NCBI GenBank assembly: GCA_036677065.1 | Contig: JAKFBS010000003.1 | Location: 160,001 to 224,000, forward strand | Length of the DNA: 64,000 bases | Reading direction: 5' to 3' | Source of the DNA: Bdellovibrio sp. | GTDB lineage: Bacteria; Bdellovibrionota; Bdellovibrionia; Bdellovibrionales; Bdellovibrionaceae | Shown: in pieces, positions 18,209-27,330 of the stretch | How positions within the stretch are numbered: position 1 is the stretch's first letter | Layout of the letters: every line of letters begins with the position of its first letter | Program-made: the position numbers and the translations under genes | The notes under the pieces: model-generated | Database searches by the model: none | What the model saw: the letters and a program-made list of their open reading frames with translations, nothing else | What the model was told of the DNA's origin: nothing

Positions 18209-19413
18209 ATCCGTTGAATTTATTTTTGGCGCTTGTTTTCGGTGTTGCTGCAGCAGCTATTAGTTATGGCTTTCAGGCAGTCATTAATTTTTCTGAAGAA
18301 TTACGTCTTCAATACCCACAAATTATTCTGGGCCTTCCGATTTTATTTATTCTTACAATTCTTTTAAAAAAGAAAACTTTGTATTTTCCGTACAAAGTTA
18401 AAGACATGAATGAAATGACCGAACCGAAAAATTTTTTCTGGAATCGCTGGAAAGCGTTTTATCATTTTCTGGGCGCTAGTTTAAGTCATCTGTTCGGAGC
18501 CTCTGTAGGCCGCGAAGGTGTCGTGGTGTTAGCGACGGCAGGTGTTGCCAGATTATTTAATTTAAGTCTTCCGTACTGGGGGCCAGTGGCAGCGAGTATT
18601 GGTTTTGCTGCGATTACCGGAAACAAATGGGTGGGGCTTATCTTTCTTGTCGAAATGTACACGACGCAGTTTTCGCAAAAAGTGTGGACGTTTTTTGGGG
18701 CATGGATTTCGATTTTAATTTTACAGTCTGTTAAATTTCCGCATTTGTTATCAGCGGTGGTGATTCCTGACACTGATTCTTGGTTTAAACGTTTTGTATT
18801 TATTTTTCTGTTGGGTTTGGTGATTGGTTATCTTTCGCGCGCTTATAAAAGAAGTTACTTTTTTCTTTCAGACTTTTTCGCTAAGAGAAATATTGTTTGG
18901 GCTTTAGTGTTTTCTTTAGCTATTGGTTATGCGCTTTATAATCCTGTATTGCGGCCGTTGCAGAGTCTAAGTTTGGATTTAGTGCAGAAGTTCAGTTCTG
19001 GTGCAATGATGACAGAAATAGATATGCAGATGATACTGCTAAAATTAGTTTTTACTTTGTTCTGCGTATCACTTGGTTTTTTTGGCGGCGAGTTCGTACC
19101 GTTAGTTTTAGTGGGCTGTGGAATTGGCGCAGTAACGGCTCAGTTTTTTGGTGAGAGTTTTCTGCTTGGTTCAACGCTTGGGGCTTTTGCCATGTTCGCG
19201 GGAGTCACTCGGCTAAAGTGGACTTGCGTGGTCTTATGCGCAACTTTAATGGATATCTCGATGTTATTTTGGGTTTATATTTTCTTTTCAGTGGTGCATA
19301 GCTTTTCTGGAGAGAAAAGTATTTATCTTGAACCGCGCTTGGGCCCAAAATTTAATTTTATGAATTTTAAATTTGGGGCGTTTCCTGGCGGGCCAATGGG
19401 ACCGCAGTCGTAG
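18205..19413 (+). CDS. ClC family chloride/fluoride transporter
   Basis: SHLFGASVGREG and GFFGGEFVP motifs; polytopic membrane protein. Confidence 0.85.
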   Translation: MNPLNLFLALVFGVAAAAISYGFQAVINFSEELRLQYPQIILGLPILFILTILLKKKTLYFPYKVKDMNEMTEPKNFFWNRWKAFYHFLGASLSHLFGASVGREGVVVLATAGVARLFNLSLPYWGPVAASIGFAAITGNKWVGLIFLVEMYTTQFSQKVWTFFGAWISILILQSVKFPHLLSAVVIPDTDSWFKRFVFIFLLGLVIGYLSRAYKRSYFFLSDFFAKRNIVWALVFSLAIGYALYNPVLRPLQSLSLDLVQKFSSGAMMTEIDMQMILLKLVFTLFCVSLGFFGGEFVPLVLVGCGIGAVTAQFFGESFLLGSTLGAFAMFAGVTRLKWTCVVLCATLMDISMLFWVYIFFSVVHSFSGEKSIYLEPRLGPKFNFMNFKFGAFPGGPMGPQS

Positions 19414-19416
19414 CTC

Positions 19417-19806
19417 CTACGTAGGCTGTTGGTTTCGCATAAAGTCTGCGATGTGGGCGAAACTTTTCTTTAGTTCTGATTTTGTAGGATCTGGAATTTG
19501 GCAATCGTCTAAAGCCTTGAACATACAATGAAGCCATTGATCGCGTTCTTTTTCGCCGATTTTAAAGGGCATGTGGCGCATGCGTAATCTTGGGTGTCCG
19601 TGTTTTTCGATATATAGCTGGGGTCCGCCTGACCAGCCTGTTAAGAACATGACTAATTTTTCTTTAGCCTCGGTTAAATCTTTTGCATGCTGATCGCGGA
19701 TATCTGTAGCTTCTGGTAAAGTATCCATGAAATAGTAGAAACGATCGACAATTTTTTCGATAGTTTCTTTACCGCCTAAAACTTCAAATAACGTTTGTTC
19801 ATCCAT
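19417..19806 (-). CDS. Group II truncated hemoglobin
   Basis: LGG..IVDRFY, FLTGWSGGPQLY...GHPRLRMRHMPF, ERDQWL. Confidence 0.93.
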   Translation of the reverse strand: MDEQTLFEVLGGKETIEKIVDRFYYFMDTLPEATDIRDQHAKDLTEAKEKLVMFLTGWSGGPQLYIEKHGHPRLRMRHMPFKIGEKERDQWLHCMFKALDDCQIPDPTKSELKKSFAHIADFMRNQQPT

Positions 19807-19811
19807 GATTA

Positions 19812-20858
19812 TTAAAATTTAAAATTCTGACTTCGGATTTTTGAAGTAGATGATAGTAAGGTTTGTGTTTCGTCAGATTCGTCGTAAATATCGCCAATAA
19901 ATTCTTCGAAAATATCTTCAAGGGTAATAATGCCAAGAATATTTTCGCCAGAACGGCAAATCCCCATATGACTTTTTCTTTGCTGCAGTTTTTTTAAAGC
20001 ATTAACGACAGGTTCATTCGGAGATAAAAATTCAGCTTTGCGAATAAGTTTTGTCCAATCAAGCAACGTCATCTCAGGTTCAGCGATAAAATCTTTAATA
20101 TATAAAATACCTTCGATTTTACCATCTTTAAGAACTGGAATACGCGTGAACATTTGTGTTCTGATTTTTGTTAAAACGTCATGCGCGTGTTCATTAATCT
20201 GCACCGTAGTCACTTGCTCCCAAGGTACCATAACGTCTTTTACACGGCGTTTGTCGATGCCGATCAGATTGAATACATACTGCTTGTGGGTTTCATTGAG
20301 ATTATCCAGATCAACTTCTTGAGTTGTATCTACATTTTCTTTCGTCGAAATTTTGGCGAATAAAATGCGCGTGATAAACTTTGTCGAGTATTCAAAAATG
20401 GCTACAAACGGTGCGAAAATGCGATCCAGCACCATTAACAGTAAGCCGCCAGCTAAGGCTAATTTTACCGGAAATCTTAAGGCAATCGATTTAGGAACTA
20501 ATTCGCCGATCACAACGCTAATGTAAGTTAATGGAAGCACCACGGCGACGATACTGATTGATTCAGCGACTTCTTCGCTTAAAGCAAAGCGTGCCATAAA
20601 CCAAGGGCTTAAATGTTCTTCGGCGCTGGCACCGCTGACTGCGGCTGAAATTGCACCCACTAAAGTAATACCAACTTGTAATACAGATAATGTGCGTTCT
20701 GGATTTGCTTTTAGTTTTAAGACACGCGCAGCTGAAGTCGAGCCTTCAGCAACTAATTTTTTTAAATGGGCTTTTGATACGGTGACGAAGGCCATTTCCA
20801 GGCCTGATAAAATGCCGTTTGCGAAAATACTAAATGCGACAACAAATATTTCTAACAT
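19812..20858 (-). CDS. Hemolysin/CNNM (CorC/HlyC) family protein with CBS domains
   Basis: ANGILSGLEMA, VIGELVPKSIAL, VKDVMVP, TRIPV, GIITLEDIFEEFIGDIYDE. Confidence 0.92.
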   Translation of the reverse strand: MLEIFVVAFSIFANGILSGLEMAFVTVSKAHLKKLVAEGSTSAARVLKLKANPERTLSVLQVGITLVGAISAAVSGASAEEHLSPWFMARFALSEEVAESISIVAVVLPLTYISVVIGELVPKSIALRFPVKLALAGGLLLMVLDRIFAPFVAIFEYSTKFITRILFAKISTKENVDTTQEVDLDNLNETHKQYVFNLIGIDKRRVKDVMVPWEQVTTVQINEHAHDVLTKIRTQMFTRIPVLKDGKIEGILYIKDFIAEPEMTLLDWTKLIRKAEFLSPNEPVVNALKKLQQRKSHMGICRSGENILGIITLEDIFEEFIGDIYDESDETQTLLSSTSKIRSQNFKF

Positions 20859-20859
20859 G

Positions 20860-21342
20860 CTAATTACATACTACAGTATTAAAAATTTTTGCATTCGTTT
20901 TTGCCGCTTTTGTTGTGCAAGCCTGGGGAACTTTGGCAAAGCGTTTAACGAAGACTTGTTTGCTGTTTTTTCCGTAATAACAAACTAACCATGGAATAAT
21001 TGCTTTTGGTTTTTCGCCTGTAGAATTTTGCCAAGCCGGAGTGCCATCGTCTTTTTTCTCTTCAGGTGGTTTAATCGTCCATGTGTGTGGTTGTGGGTCA
21101 TCGCCGTTATCAGGCTTTAACTGCATCTTTTTTTTCGGATCTTGATCAAACATCGCTAAAGATACGAACTCAATAGTGTCTGTTTCAAAATCACGAAATT
21201 GAAATGTGGGAATGTTTTTTTCAGGCTTAAAACTAACAGTCATTTTCAATGGGCATTCAATTGTCTGAGGTTTATCTAAGGCATGTGCTAAAGGTGCAAC
21301 TGCTGGTAAAGCAAACAATAGGGCAATCAATGTAATCCGCAT
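20860..21342 (-). CDS. Secreted Cys-containing protein, possibly STY0301-like
   Basis: Signal peptide ending AHA; ECP, LKPD, WLVCYY, QAC pattern. Confidence 0.6.
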   Translation of the reverse strand: MRITLIALLFALPAVAPLAHALDKPQTIECPLKMTVSFKPEKNIPTFQFRDFETDTIEFVSLAMFDQDPKKKMQLKPDNGDDPQPHTWTIKPPEEKKDDGTPAWQNSTGEKPKAIIPWLVCYYGKNSKQVFVKRFAKVPQACTTKAAKTNAKIFNTVVCN

Positions 21343-21424
21343 GGGGTTCCTCTCGGGCAGATAACCATTTCAACGGGGATAAAAATTCTTGTCAAGGTAA
21401 GCAGTGGTGTGGTTAATTACGCCC

Positions 21425-22495
21425 ATGAATTTAGCCCCAATTTCAGTCACAAAAACGACGCAACCTCTTGCGAAACCCGACGTTAATAATTTAGGCTTTG
21501 GCCAATATTTTACAGATCATATGTTTGTGGCGAAATATAGCGACGATAAGGGCTGGTACGAATCTAAAATCGTTCCCTACGGTCCATTGCCATTGGATCC
21601 CGCAGCAAGTGTGCTGCATTACGGGCAAGCTCTTTTTGAAGGCATGAAGGCGTTTCGTCAGCAAAATGGCGATGTAGCGTTATTTCGTATGGAATATAAC
21701 TGGAATCGCATGTGCCAAGGCGCTGAACGTCTGTGCATGGTGGCTCCGCCGAAAGAGTTATTCTTACAGGGTATTCGTGAATTAGTTAAAATTGATCAAT
21801 CGTGGATTCCTGAAAATAAAGGCTCTGCGCTTTATATTCGTCCTACCTTAATCGGCAGCGAAGGTTTTTTAGGTGTTCGCCCATCGCGCGAATATATTTA
21901 CTTCGTCATTTTATCTCCGGTGGGTGCGTACTATAAATCTGGTTTATCTCCGGTTTCGATCTGGGTTGAAGAAGATTATTCACGCGCATGCCCGGGTGGT
22001 TTAGGTAATACCAAAGCTGCAGCCAACTACGCATCAAGCTTAAAAGCGGCTTACGAAGCTAAGAAAAAAGATTATTCACAAGTTCTATGGTTAGATACGA
22101 CTCGCACTTATGTTGAAGAAGTGGGAACCATGAATGTGTTTTTTGTTTTCAAAAACGAAATCGTAACGCCTTCATTAGATGGAACAATCTTAGCTGGTGG
22201 AATGCGTGATTCAGTGATCAAAGTATTAAAACAATGGAATCTTCCGATTGTTGAACGCAAAGTTAAAATTCAGGAAATTCGCGATGGTGCTAGCAATGGC
22301 GCATTGGTTGAAGCTTTCGGTACAGGCACAGCGGCAGTGATTTCTCCGGTGGGTGAACTTGCTGCGAAAAACTGGCAAGTGAAAATCAATAACGGTCAAA
22401 TGGGTGATATCACGACAAAACTTTATCAAGAGCTAACTGATATCCAGTACGGTTATAAAGCCGATTCATTAAACTGGATCGAGAAATTAAAATAG
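21425..22495 (+). CDS. ilvE: Branched-chain amino acid aminotransferase
   Basis: GFGQYFTDHM, LHYGQALFEGMKA, LYIRP, KAAANYA, EEVGTMN, FGTGTAAVISP. Confidence 0.95.
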   Translation: MNLAPISVTKTTQPLAKPDVNNLGFGQYFTDHMFVAKYSDDKGWYESKIVPYGPLPLDPAASVLHYGQALFEGMKAFRQQNGDVALFRMEYNWNRMCQGAERLCMVAPPKELFLQGIRELVKIDQSWIPENKGSALYIRPTLIGSEGFLGVRPSREYIYFVILSPVGAYYKSGLSPVSIWVEEDYSRACPGGLGNTKAAANYASSLKAAYEAKKKDYSQVLWLDTTRTYVEEVGTMNVFFVFKNEIVTPSLDGTILAGGMRDSVIKVLKQWNLPIVERKVKIQEIRDGASNGALVEAFGTGTAAVISPVGELAAKNWQVKINNGQMGDITTKLYQELTDIQYGYKADSLNWIEKLK

Positions 22496-22635
22496 TTCGT
22501 TAAGAAATATTCAGCAAATTGTCAGCGTTTAAACAAGATCGTGCTTGGGCTAGACCTTTGCATTGCTTTTCTTTGTTAAATCGAAATTAGCGTTAGTTAA
22601 TAGTCTTACATCTAGACCATGGAAGGGTTGTAAGA

Positions 22636-23493
22636 ATGAGATTAGCCGCATTTATTTTCTCGTATTTCGTGACCATTAATCTTTATGCCTCTGCACCGCT
22701 GCAGTTCTCTATAATAGGAGACGCAGGCCGCTGGAACGGCAACACGCAAATGTTACTAAATTCCATGAATAAGCTCGGCGTTAAAAAGATAATAATGCCT
22801 GGTGATAACCTTTATGAGGGCACTTACGAACAACAATGGGGCGCCTGGAAAAAATCCGGTTTCACCTTTGATGTGATCGCGATAGGTAACCACAACGAAA
22901 GTTATCAGGCAGAGATTAAATTTTTTCAGATGCCCGGTGAATATTTCGCCAAAGATTATGCCGGTGGCGATGTTCTTTATTTAGTTTTAAATTCTGATAA
23001 CACTCGCAATGTCGATGCCCAGATGAGTTGGTTAAAGTCGCAATTGCAAAACTCAAAAGCGCAACAAATCTATTTAGTGTATCATCATCCAACATTTACG
23101 GTGGCTTCGCATAAATGGACCGAAAAAAAAGATTTTCAAGTTAAGATTCGTCCGATTTTAAAAGAATACCGCAGTAAAATCACTGCACTTATCTTGGGGC
23201 ACGATCATATCACCAGCTTGATGCATTTTGATTCTTTGCCAGTGATTATTTCTGGTTGCACACAATCACCTCGCAATGAAACTCCGGTCAATAATGTACA
23301 ACAGGGTGTAGCTGTGAAAACAGCAGTGCATCTAGATGGCCAGCCTTATTGGGTTATGCAGGATGCAACAAGTAATGTACTTGCAGCAGATACTTCTGAG
23401 TTTTTATTTATCCGCGGTAAAGACAGCAAAACTGTATGCCGCGCGGTGATTAAAACGGGTCACGCAGCGACACACCAATGTGACGGACTATAA
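22636..23493 (+). CDS. Secreted metallophosphoesterase (calcineurin-like)
   Basis: IIGDAG, GDNLY, GNHN, HHP, GHDH motifs. Confidence 0.88.
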   Translation: MRLAAFIFSYFVTINLYASAPLQFSIIGDAGRWNGNTQMLLNSMNKLGVKKIIMPGDNLYEGTYEQQWGAWKKSGFTFDVIAIGNHNESYQAEIKFFQMPGEYFAKDYAGGDVLYLVLNSDNTRNVDAQMSWLKSQLQNSKAQQIYLVYHHPTFTVASHKWTEKKDFQVKIRPILKEYRSKITALILGHDHITSLMHFDSLPVIISGCTQSPRNETPVNNVQQGVAVKTAVHLDGQPYWVMQDATSNVLAADTSEFLFIRGKDSKTVCRAVIKTGHAATHQCDGL

Positions 23494-23495
23494 AA

Positions 23496-25394
23496 TTAGT
23501 TCTGCCAGCCAACAACGTCTTCGGCCGCTTTTGTATGAGCTGGTTTTGGGTTAGTAAAAAATGTTTTAATCGATGAAAAAACTGAATTAGCACCTTCTGG
23601 TGATACTGCAGCTGGTGCGTTTTCAACTTTTGCGGCTTGGGCCACAGGGGCTTTTGGCGCTGATTGTTTGGCAAAGAAAAATTGCGGGCATTGTTTTCCG
23701 GCGTTGGCAAAAATATCTTTCATATCGCTTCTTACACGGTCTAATTTACCTTTGCTGCAGTTCGGTGTTTTTCCATCGCAGCTTAATGATCCAAGTTCGC
23801 GTGAAAATTGGGCGAGCACTTTAGAAACATTTGAAGTTGCAGTCACTAATTCAGTTTCATCTCTTTCAGTTGATTTTTGACTTTCCATATCTTTGCAACT
23901 TTCAACCATGCCTTTATAAGCTTCGTATTTTTGGCAAAGTAGCGTCGACAAATCACCATCTTCACAATTTTTTCCATCAAGTTCGCGTTTTACTTTGTTT
24001 AACTTACTTTCGGCAGTGTCTAAGCAAGAATTGTTTTGTTTGCGATTTTCTTGAAACGCGGTGTTTGTTTGAATGCCATCAATGATGGTGCCGTTAAATA
24101 AACGTAAGTCCTGCATGATCAGACGGCGCGAATTAAGCAGCGCATACTCTGAATTAACCCAGTTCTTATAAAGGGCTTCGATATTTTCGCAGACTTGCGA
24201 TTTGGGTTTTCCGGCAACAGATCCACCGGCTGCGATCACCACTTTTTTAAAATCTTCGAGTTGTTTTATTTTTAAAGCTTTTTCATTTTCAAAACACTCT
24301 TGGCATTCAGTTGAAGCTTCCATTCTTGATAGGCGGGCAGTTTCGATATCTTGATCAATCTTAGCTAGAAACTCTTCTTGGCCGACGCCGCTGGCGATAG
24401 TTAATTCTGCCGAAGCCAAAGCTAATTTGCTGGCCATTTCATTTAAGCTTGGTTCAAGATCCTTAAAAGTCTTTAAAGATTTTTCAAAGCGCTCTAGACG
24501 CATCTTTTTTTCTTCAGGAGTGAATTCGCCTTTAGCTTCATAAAATAAAGTGCGAAGCATGGTGTAAGAACCATTCACCAAGAAATTAGCGGCCATTGAG
24601 CCTAATGATGAAGTTAAACCAAAAGTAGCCCCGGCAACAGCACTAAGCTTGGCTACGTTTTTAGAATTGAAGGTGTCTTTAACTGTGCTATCTAATTTAT
24701 TACCAGCATTATCAATTGATCCAGCAATGTTATTTCCCGCATTAGCTAAGTTGTTGCCTGCTCCGGCTAAGTTGTTTCCCGCACCAGCCAAGTTATTACC
24801 TGCTCCGGCAACATTATTAATCGAAGTATTTGTGCTGCCAAAAAATGAAGAACCGACATTGCCGATGAAATTGCTGGCGTTAGCTGATAGTTCGATGGCG
24901 TAAGCTTTTTGCATTAACAGTTCCATTAGCCATGCGGTCTTTTTAGTTTTTCGTGGTGTAGCCGCTGTTAGATTTTCAGCTTGTAGAAGATGTAACTCAA
25001 CATAAGTTGGCAATAAATAACGTAAAGCCAGAGAGCCCGTTGAAAATTCTTGAGTTTTATTATTATAAGCTAGGCGAAAAAAAGATCCTGTTTTTAACGA
25101 AGCACATTCATGAATTTCTAAACCATCAATGTTATCTTGTTTCCAATTACAGTCTTTGCCGACAGAAGTTTTATAAAGATTAACTACAGTGTCTTTTTTT
25201 TCTTGGTTGTTGCGGGTCATCGTCATCACCGCAATTGGTACTCCGGCCATGATCGGACTTTTTTTAAGAAGAATTTTAAACGAAGATTTTTTATCCGTTT
25301 TTACATAACCAGAATCTGACCAGTAAGTTTTGTAATTGTATTTCGATGCAAACGCGAATGAACCAAATAGCGATAATAATAAAAAAATCTTCAT
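23496..25394 (-). CDS. Large secreted helical Cys-rich protein with AGAGNNL repeats
   Basis: Signal peptide ending AFA; heptad repeats at ~24690-24820; paired cysteines. Confidence 0.85.
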   Translation of the reverse strand: MKIFLLLSLFGSFAFASKYNYKTYWSDSGYVKTDKKSSFKILLKKSPIMAGVPIAVMTMTRNNQEKKDTVVNLYKTSVGKDCNWKQDNIDGLEIHECASLKTGSFFRLAYNNKTQEFSTGSLALRYLLPTYVELHLLQAENLTAATPRKTKKTAWLMELLMQKAYAIELSANASNFIGNVGSSFFGSTNTSINNVAGAGNNLAGAGNNLAGAGNNLANAGNNIAGSIDNAGNKLDSTVKDTFNSKNVAKLSAVAGATFGLTSSLGSMAANFLVNGSYTMLRTLFYEAKGEFTPEEKKMRLERFEKSLKTFKDLEPSLNEMASKLALASAELTIASGVGQEEFLAKIDQDIETARLSRMEASTECQECFENEKALKIKQLEDFKKVVIAAGGSVAGKPKSQVCENIEALYKNWVNSEYALLNSRRLIMQDLRLFNGTIIDGIQTNTAFQENRKQNNSCLDTAESKLNKVKRELDGKNCEDGDLSTLLCQKYEAYKGMVESCKDMESQKSTERDETELVTATSNVSKVLAQFSRELGSLSCDGKTPNCSKGKLDRVRSDMKDIFANAGKQCPQFFFAKQSAPKAPVAQAAKVENAPAAVSPEGANSVFSSIKTFFTNPKPAHTKAAEDVVGWQN

Positions 25395-25482
25395 GAGTAT
25401 AAACCCCTTGTCATGGAATTATTTTATCATGCTCCGTATAGAGTTATTATTAAGTTTCTATGAGGATAGACTAAGGCTTAGT

Positions 25483-26058
25483 CTAGAACTTAATGTTACG
25501 GCGTTTAGCTAGAGATAAGAGAAATTCGTTCTCTGCTTTTTTGCTGGTTTTTGGTTTCTTTGGTTGCTGACGTGGCTTTGGTGCAGGCTTTGGTTTTGTT
25601 TTCACAGAGGCTTTTGGAGCATCAGTATTAAACAAACTTGGCTTACGTGGATCAGAAATTTCATCCGCATTTTCGCGCGCCCGTTTTTCTGCGGCAGTTT
25701 CTTTGACGGGAATTCCAAATAACGGATTCTTTTTTAAAACTTCGCGAATTACAAGTTTAGCTTCGTCTTCGAAGTTTTCATTTTCCGCAGGTAAATAAAG
25801 CCATTCTTTTTTTACGGGATGATTTTCTAAAAATGAAAATTTAGCGATCACAGCGTTGTGCTTTAATTTTACGATCGGAAAAAACACACCAAAGTATAAT
25901 TGAAACGGGTAGGTGATGCCTTTATGTAGAGTGGTTTTGCTATCTTCGCTTAAAAATAGAATGAATTTATCTTCTAAGTAATAACCAACACCGTTAGGCA
26001 TTTTTTTAGAAATGACTTCGTTCGGGAGTAGTTCTTCGATCCAGTATAATGTGTTCAT
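25483..26058 (-). CDS. Hypothetical protein, weakly TfoX-N-like, with a basic C-terminal tail
   Basis: KKM..G.GYYL.DK..L, HPV.K.WLYLP, NPLFG motifs. Confidence 0.7.
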   Translation of the reverse strand: MNTLYWIEELLPNEVISKKMPNGVGYYLEDKFILFLSEDSKTTLHKGITYPFQLYFGVFFPIVKLKHNAVIAKFSFLENHPVKKEWLYLPAENENFEDEAKLVIREVLKKNPLFGIPVKETAAEKRARENADEISDPRKPSLFNTDAPKASVKTKPKPAPKPRQQPKKPKTSKKAENEFLLSLAKRRNIKF

Positions 26059-26073
26059 TGATTAAAGAAGAAA

Positions 26074-26099
26074 AAGAACGAAAATGGTGCCCAGTGAGG
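26074..26099. repeat. att direct repeat, left end of the island (duplicated tRNA-Leu 3' end plus flank)
   Basis: AAGAACGAAAATGGTGCCCAGTGAGG identical to 32477-32502. Confidence 0.95.
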
Positions 26100-26292
26100 A
26101 AAATTTTCCGAATTAAAAATTACCTTTATTGGCAGTTTAGTTGTTTTTAGTGTAGTGTGGTTTGTTATCGAAAATCAATGGCTTAGGTATAAGATAATCA
26201 AAAAATAAGCATCTGCTTTTTTATCTTTTTTTACAGCGTTTTATGGGTTTTCACCCAAAATCACCAAAAAAAATTTAGGCATCTCTAGAGCT

Positions 26293-26539
26293 ATGCGCAG
26301 GATGACTCTCAAAGAAGTTTCTGAAGCGACAGGAGTTCCCAGGTCTACTCTGTCGGAGTGGCGTAACAATCGTAGTCCAAAGAATCCAGAACAACTCAAA
26401 AAGTGGCAATGTATTTAAGAGTGATTCTTCATTACCTGCTATTTGGTGAAGAAGACTCTCAAGAGCTAATTCAGAAGATTCTTAAAGAAGATTTTTTTAA
26501 AGTACCTTTGAAATCAATATAAAACGGGTGAAGTTATAA
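26293..26539 (+). pseudogene. Frameshifted XRE/HTH transcriptional regulator
   Basis: MTLKEVSEATGVPRSTLSEWRNNRSPKNPEQLK continues in a second frame as KVAMYLRVILHYLLFGEE and in a third as TFEINIKRVKL. Confidence 0.75.
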
Positions 26540-26599
26540 AATTCGAAATTTAATAATACTATCGATTGATATGTTAACTTTAATGATCGGGCACTTCAG

Positions 26600-26914
26600 G
26601 TGCGCAAAAAAAAGGTGTGGCTGGTTCTGATACGTCATCGGCAACAATCTGTTTGTTTTATAAATGTCAATGATTCGAAGAGTAACCAAATGGCTTCAAT
26701 TACTTATCAGTCAGATGTGACTAGCTCGGATCAGTTTAATGTTTCCTGTAAGTCCAGCTCGATAAATGTAAAAGTTCAATGTTCCAGCGATAGTTCATGG
26801 ACAAGTAATTATTGCCTTCCTCAAATTGTTCCTCATCCTCGAGTTGTCACTTATGCTTGTCCGTCTTCAACGAAAACATTTAACAATACTGAATGCCAGA
26901 CTATAAATCTTTAA
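26600..26914 (+). pseudogene. Probable decayed secreted Cys-rich protein (N-terminus disrupted)
   Basis: Ser/Cys-rich C-terminal part looks protein-like; N-terminus implausible, no clear SD; lies among island remnants. Confidence 0.4.
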
Positions 26915-26959
26915 ACATGACCGTTTGACATACTAAGACCTCATATCCAAGCTATATTA

Positions 26960-27319
26960 ATGGCAGAGTTAAAAAACATTTTGTATCTAGTTGCAGGTCT
27001 GATTTTAGGTATTGGTATATACTGGTGGCCACTTGGTCAGTTTATGAATGAGTGTAAGGCAATTTGGCATTTATTACGAAATCAATATTCACGAGGGAAG
27101 CAATTGAATATCAGCGCAGGAACTGATCTTTATCAGGTTGGAGTGGCTTCACAGCCTTTGTATATTGCACACGATAAATTAATGGAAGTTTGGCACGATG
27201 AAGGCGTGGCTTGGATTCACAGTTCTAATGGTTGGATAAGAGCCCACGTTTTTCATGTTTACGATCTAAATATTTCTAATGCACCGGTTTACAGGGCTTG
27301 CCATTTATATATTAAATAA
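26960..27319 (+). CDS. Hypothetical protein with N-terminal TM helix
   Basis: 119-aa ORF; hydrophobic segment ILYLVAGLILGIGIYWW. Confidence 0.55.
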   Translation: MAELKNILYLVAGLILGIGIYWWPLGQFMNECKAIWHLLRNQYSRGKQLNISAGTDLYQVGVASQPLYIAHDKLMEVWHDEGVAWIHSSNGWIRAHVFHVYDLNISNAPVYRACHLYIK

Positions 27320-27330
27320 ATATTTAGCTT

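Noticed and set aside
26085..26099. Second tRNA gene at the left island boundary
   Set aside because: Only the terminal 15 nt of tRNA-Leu are duplicated; this is an att site, not a gene.
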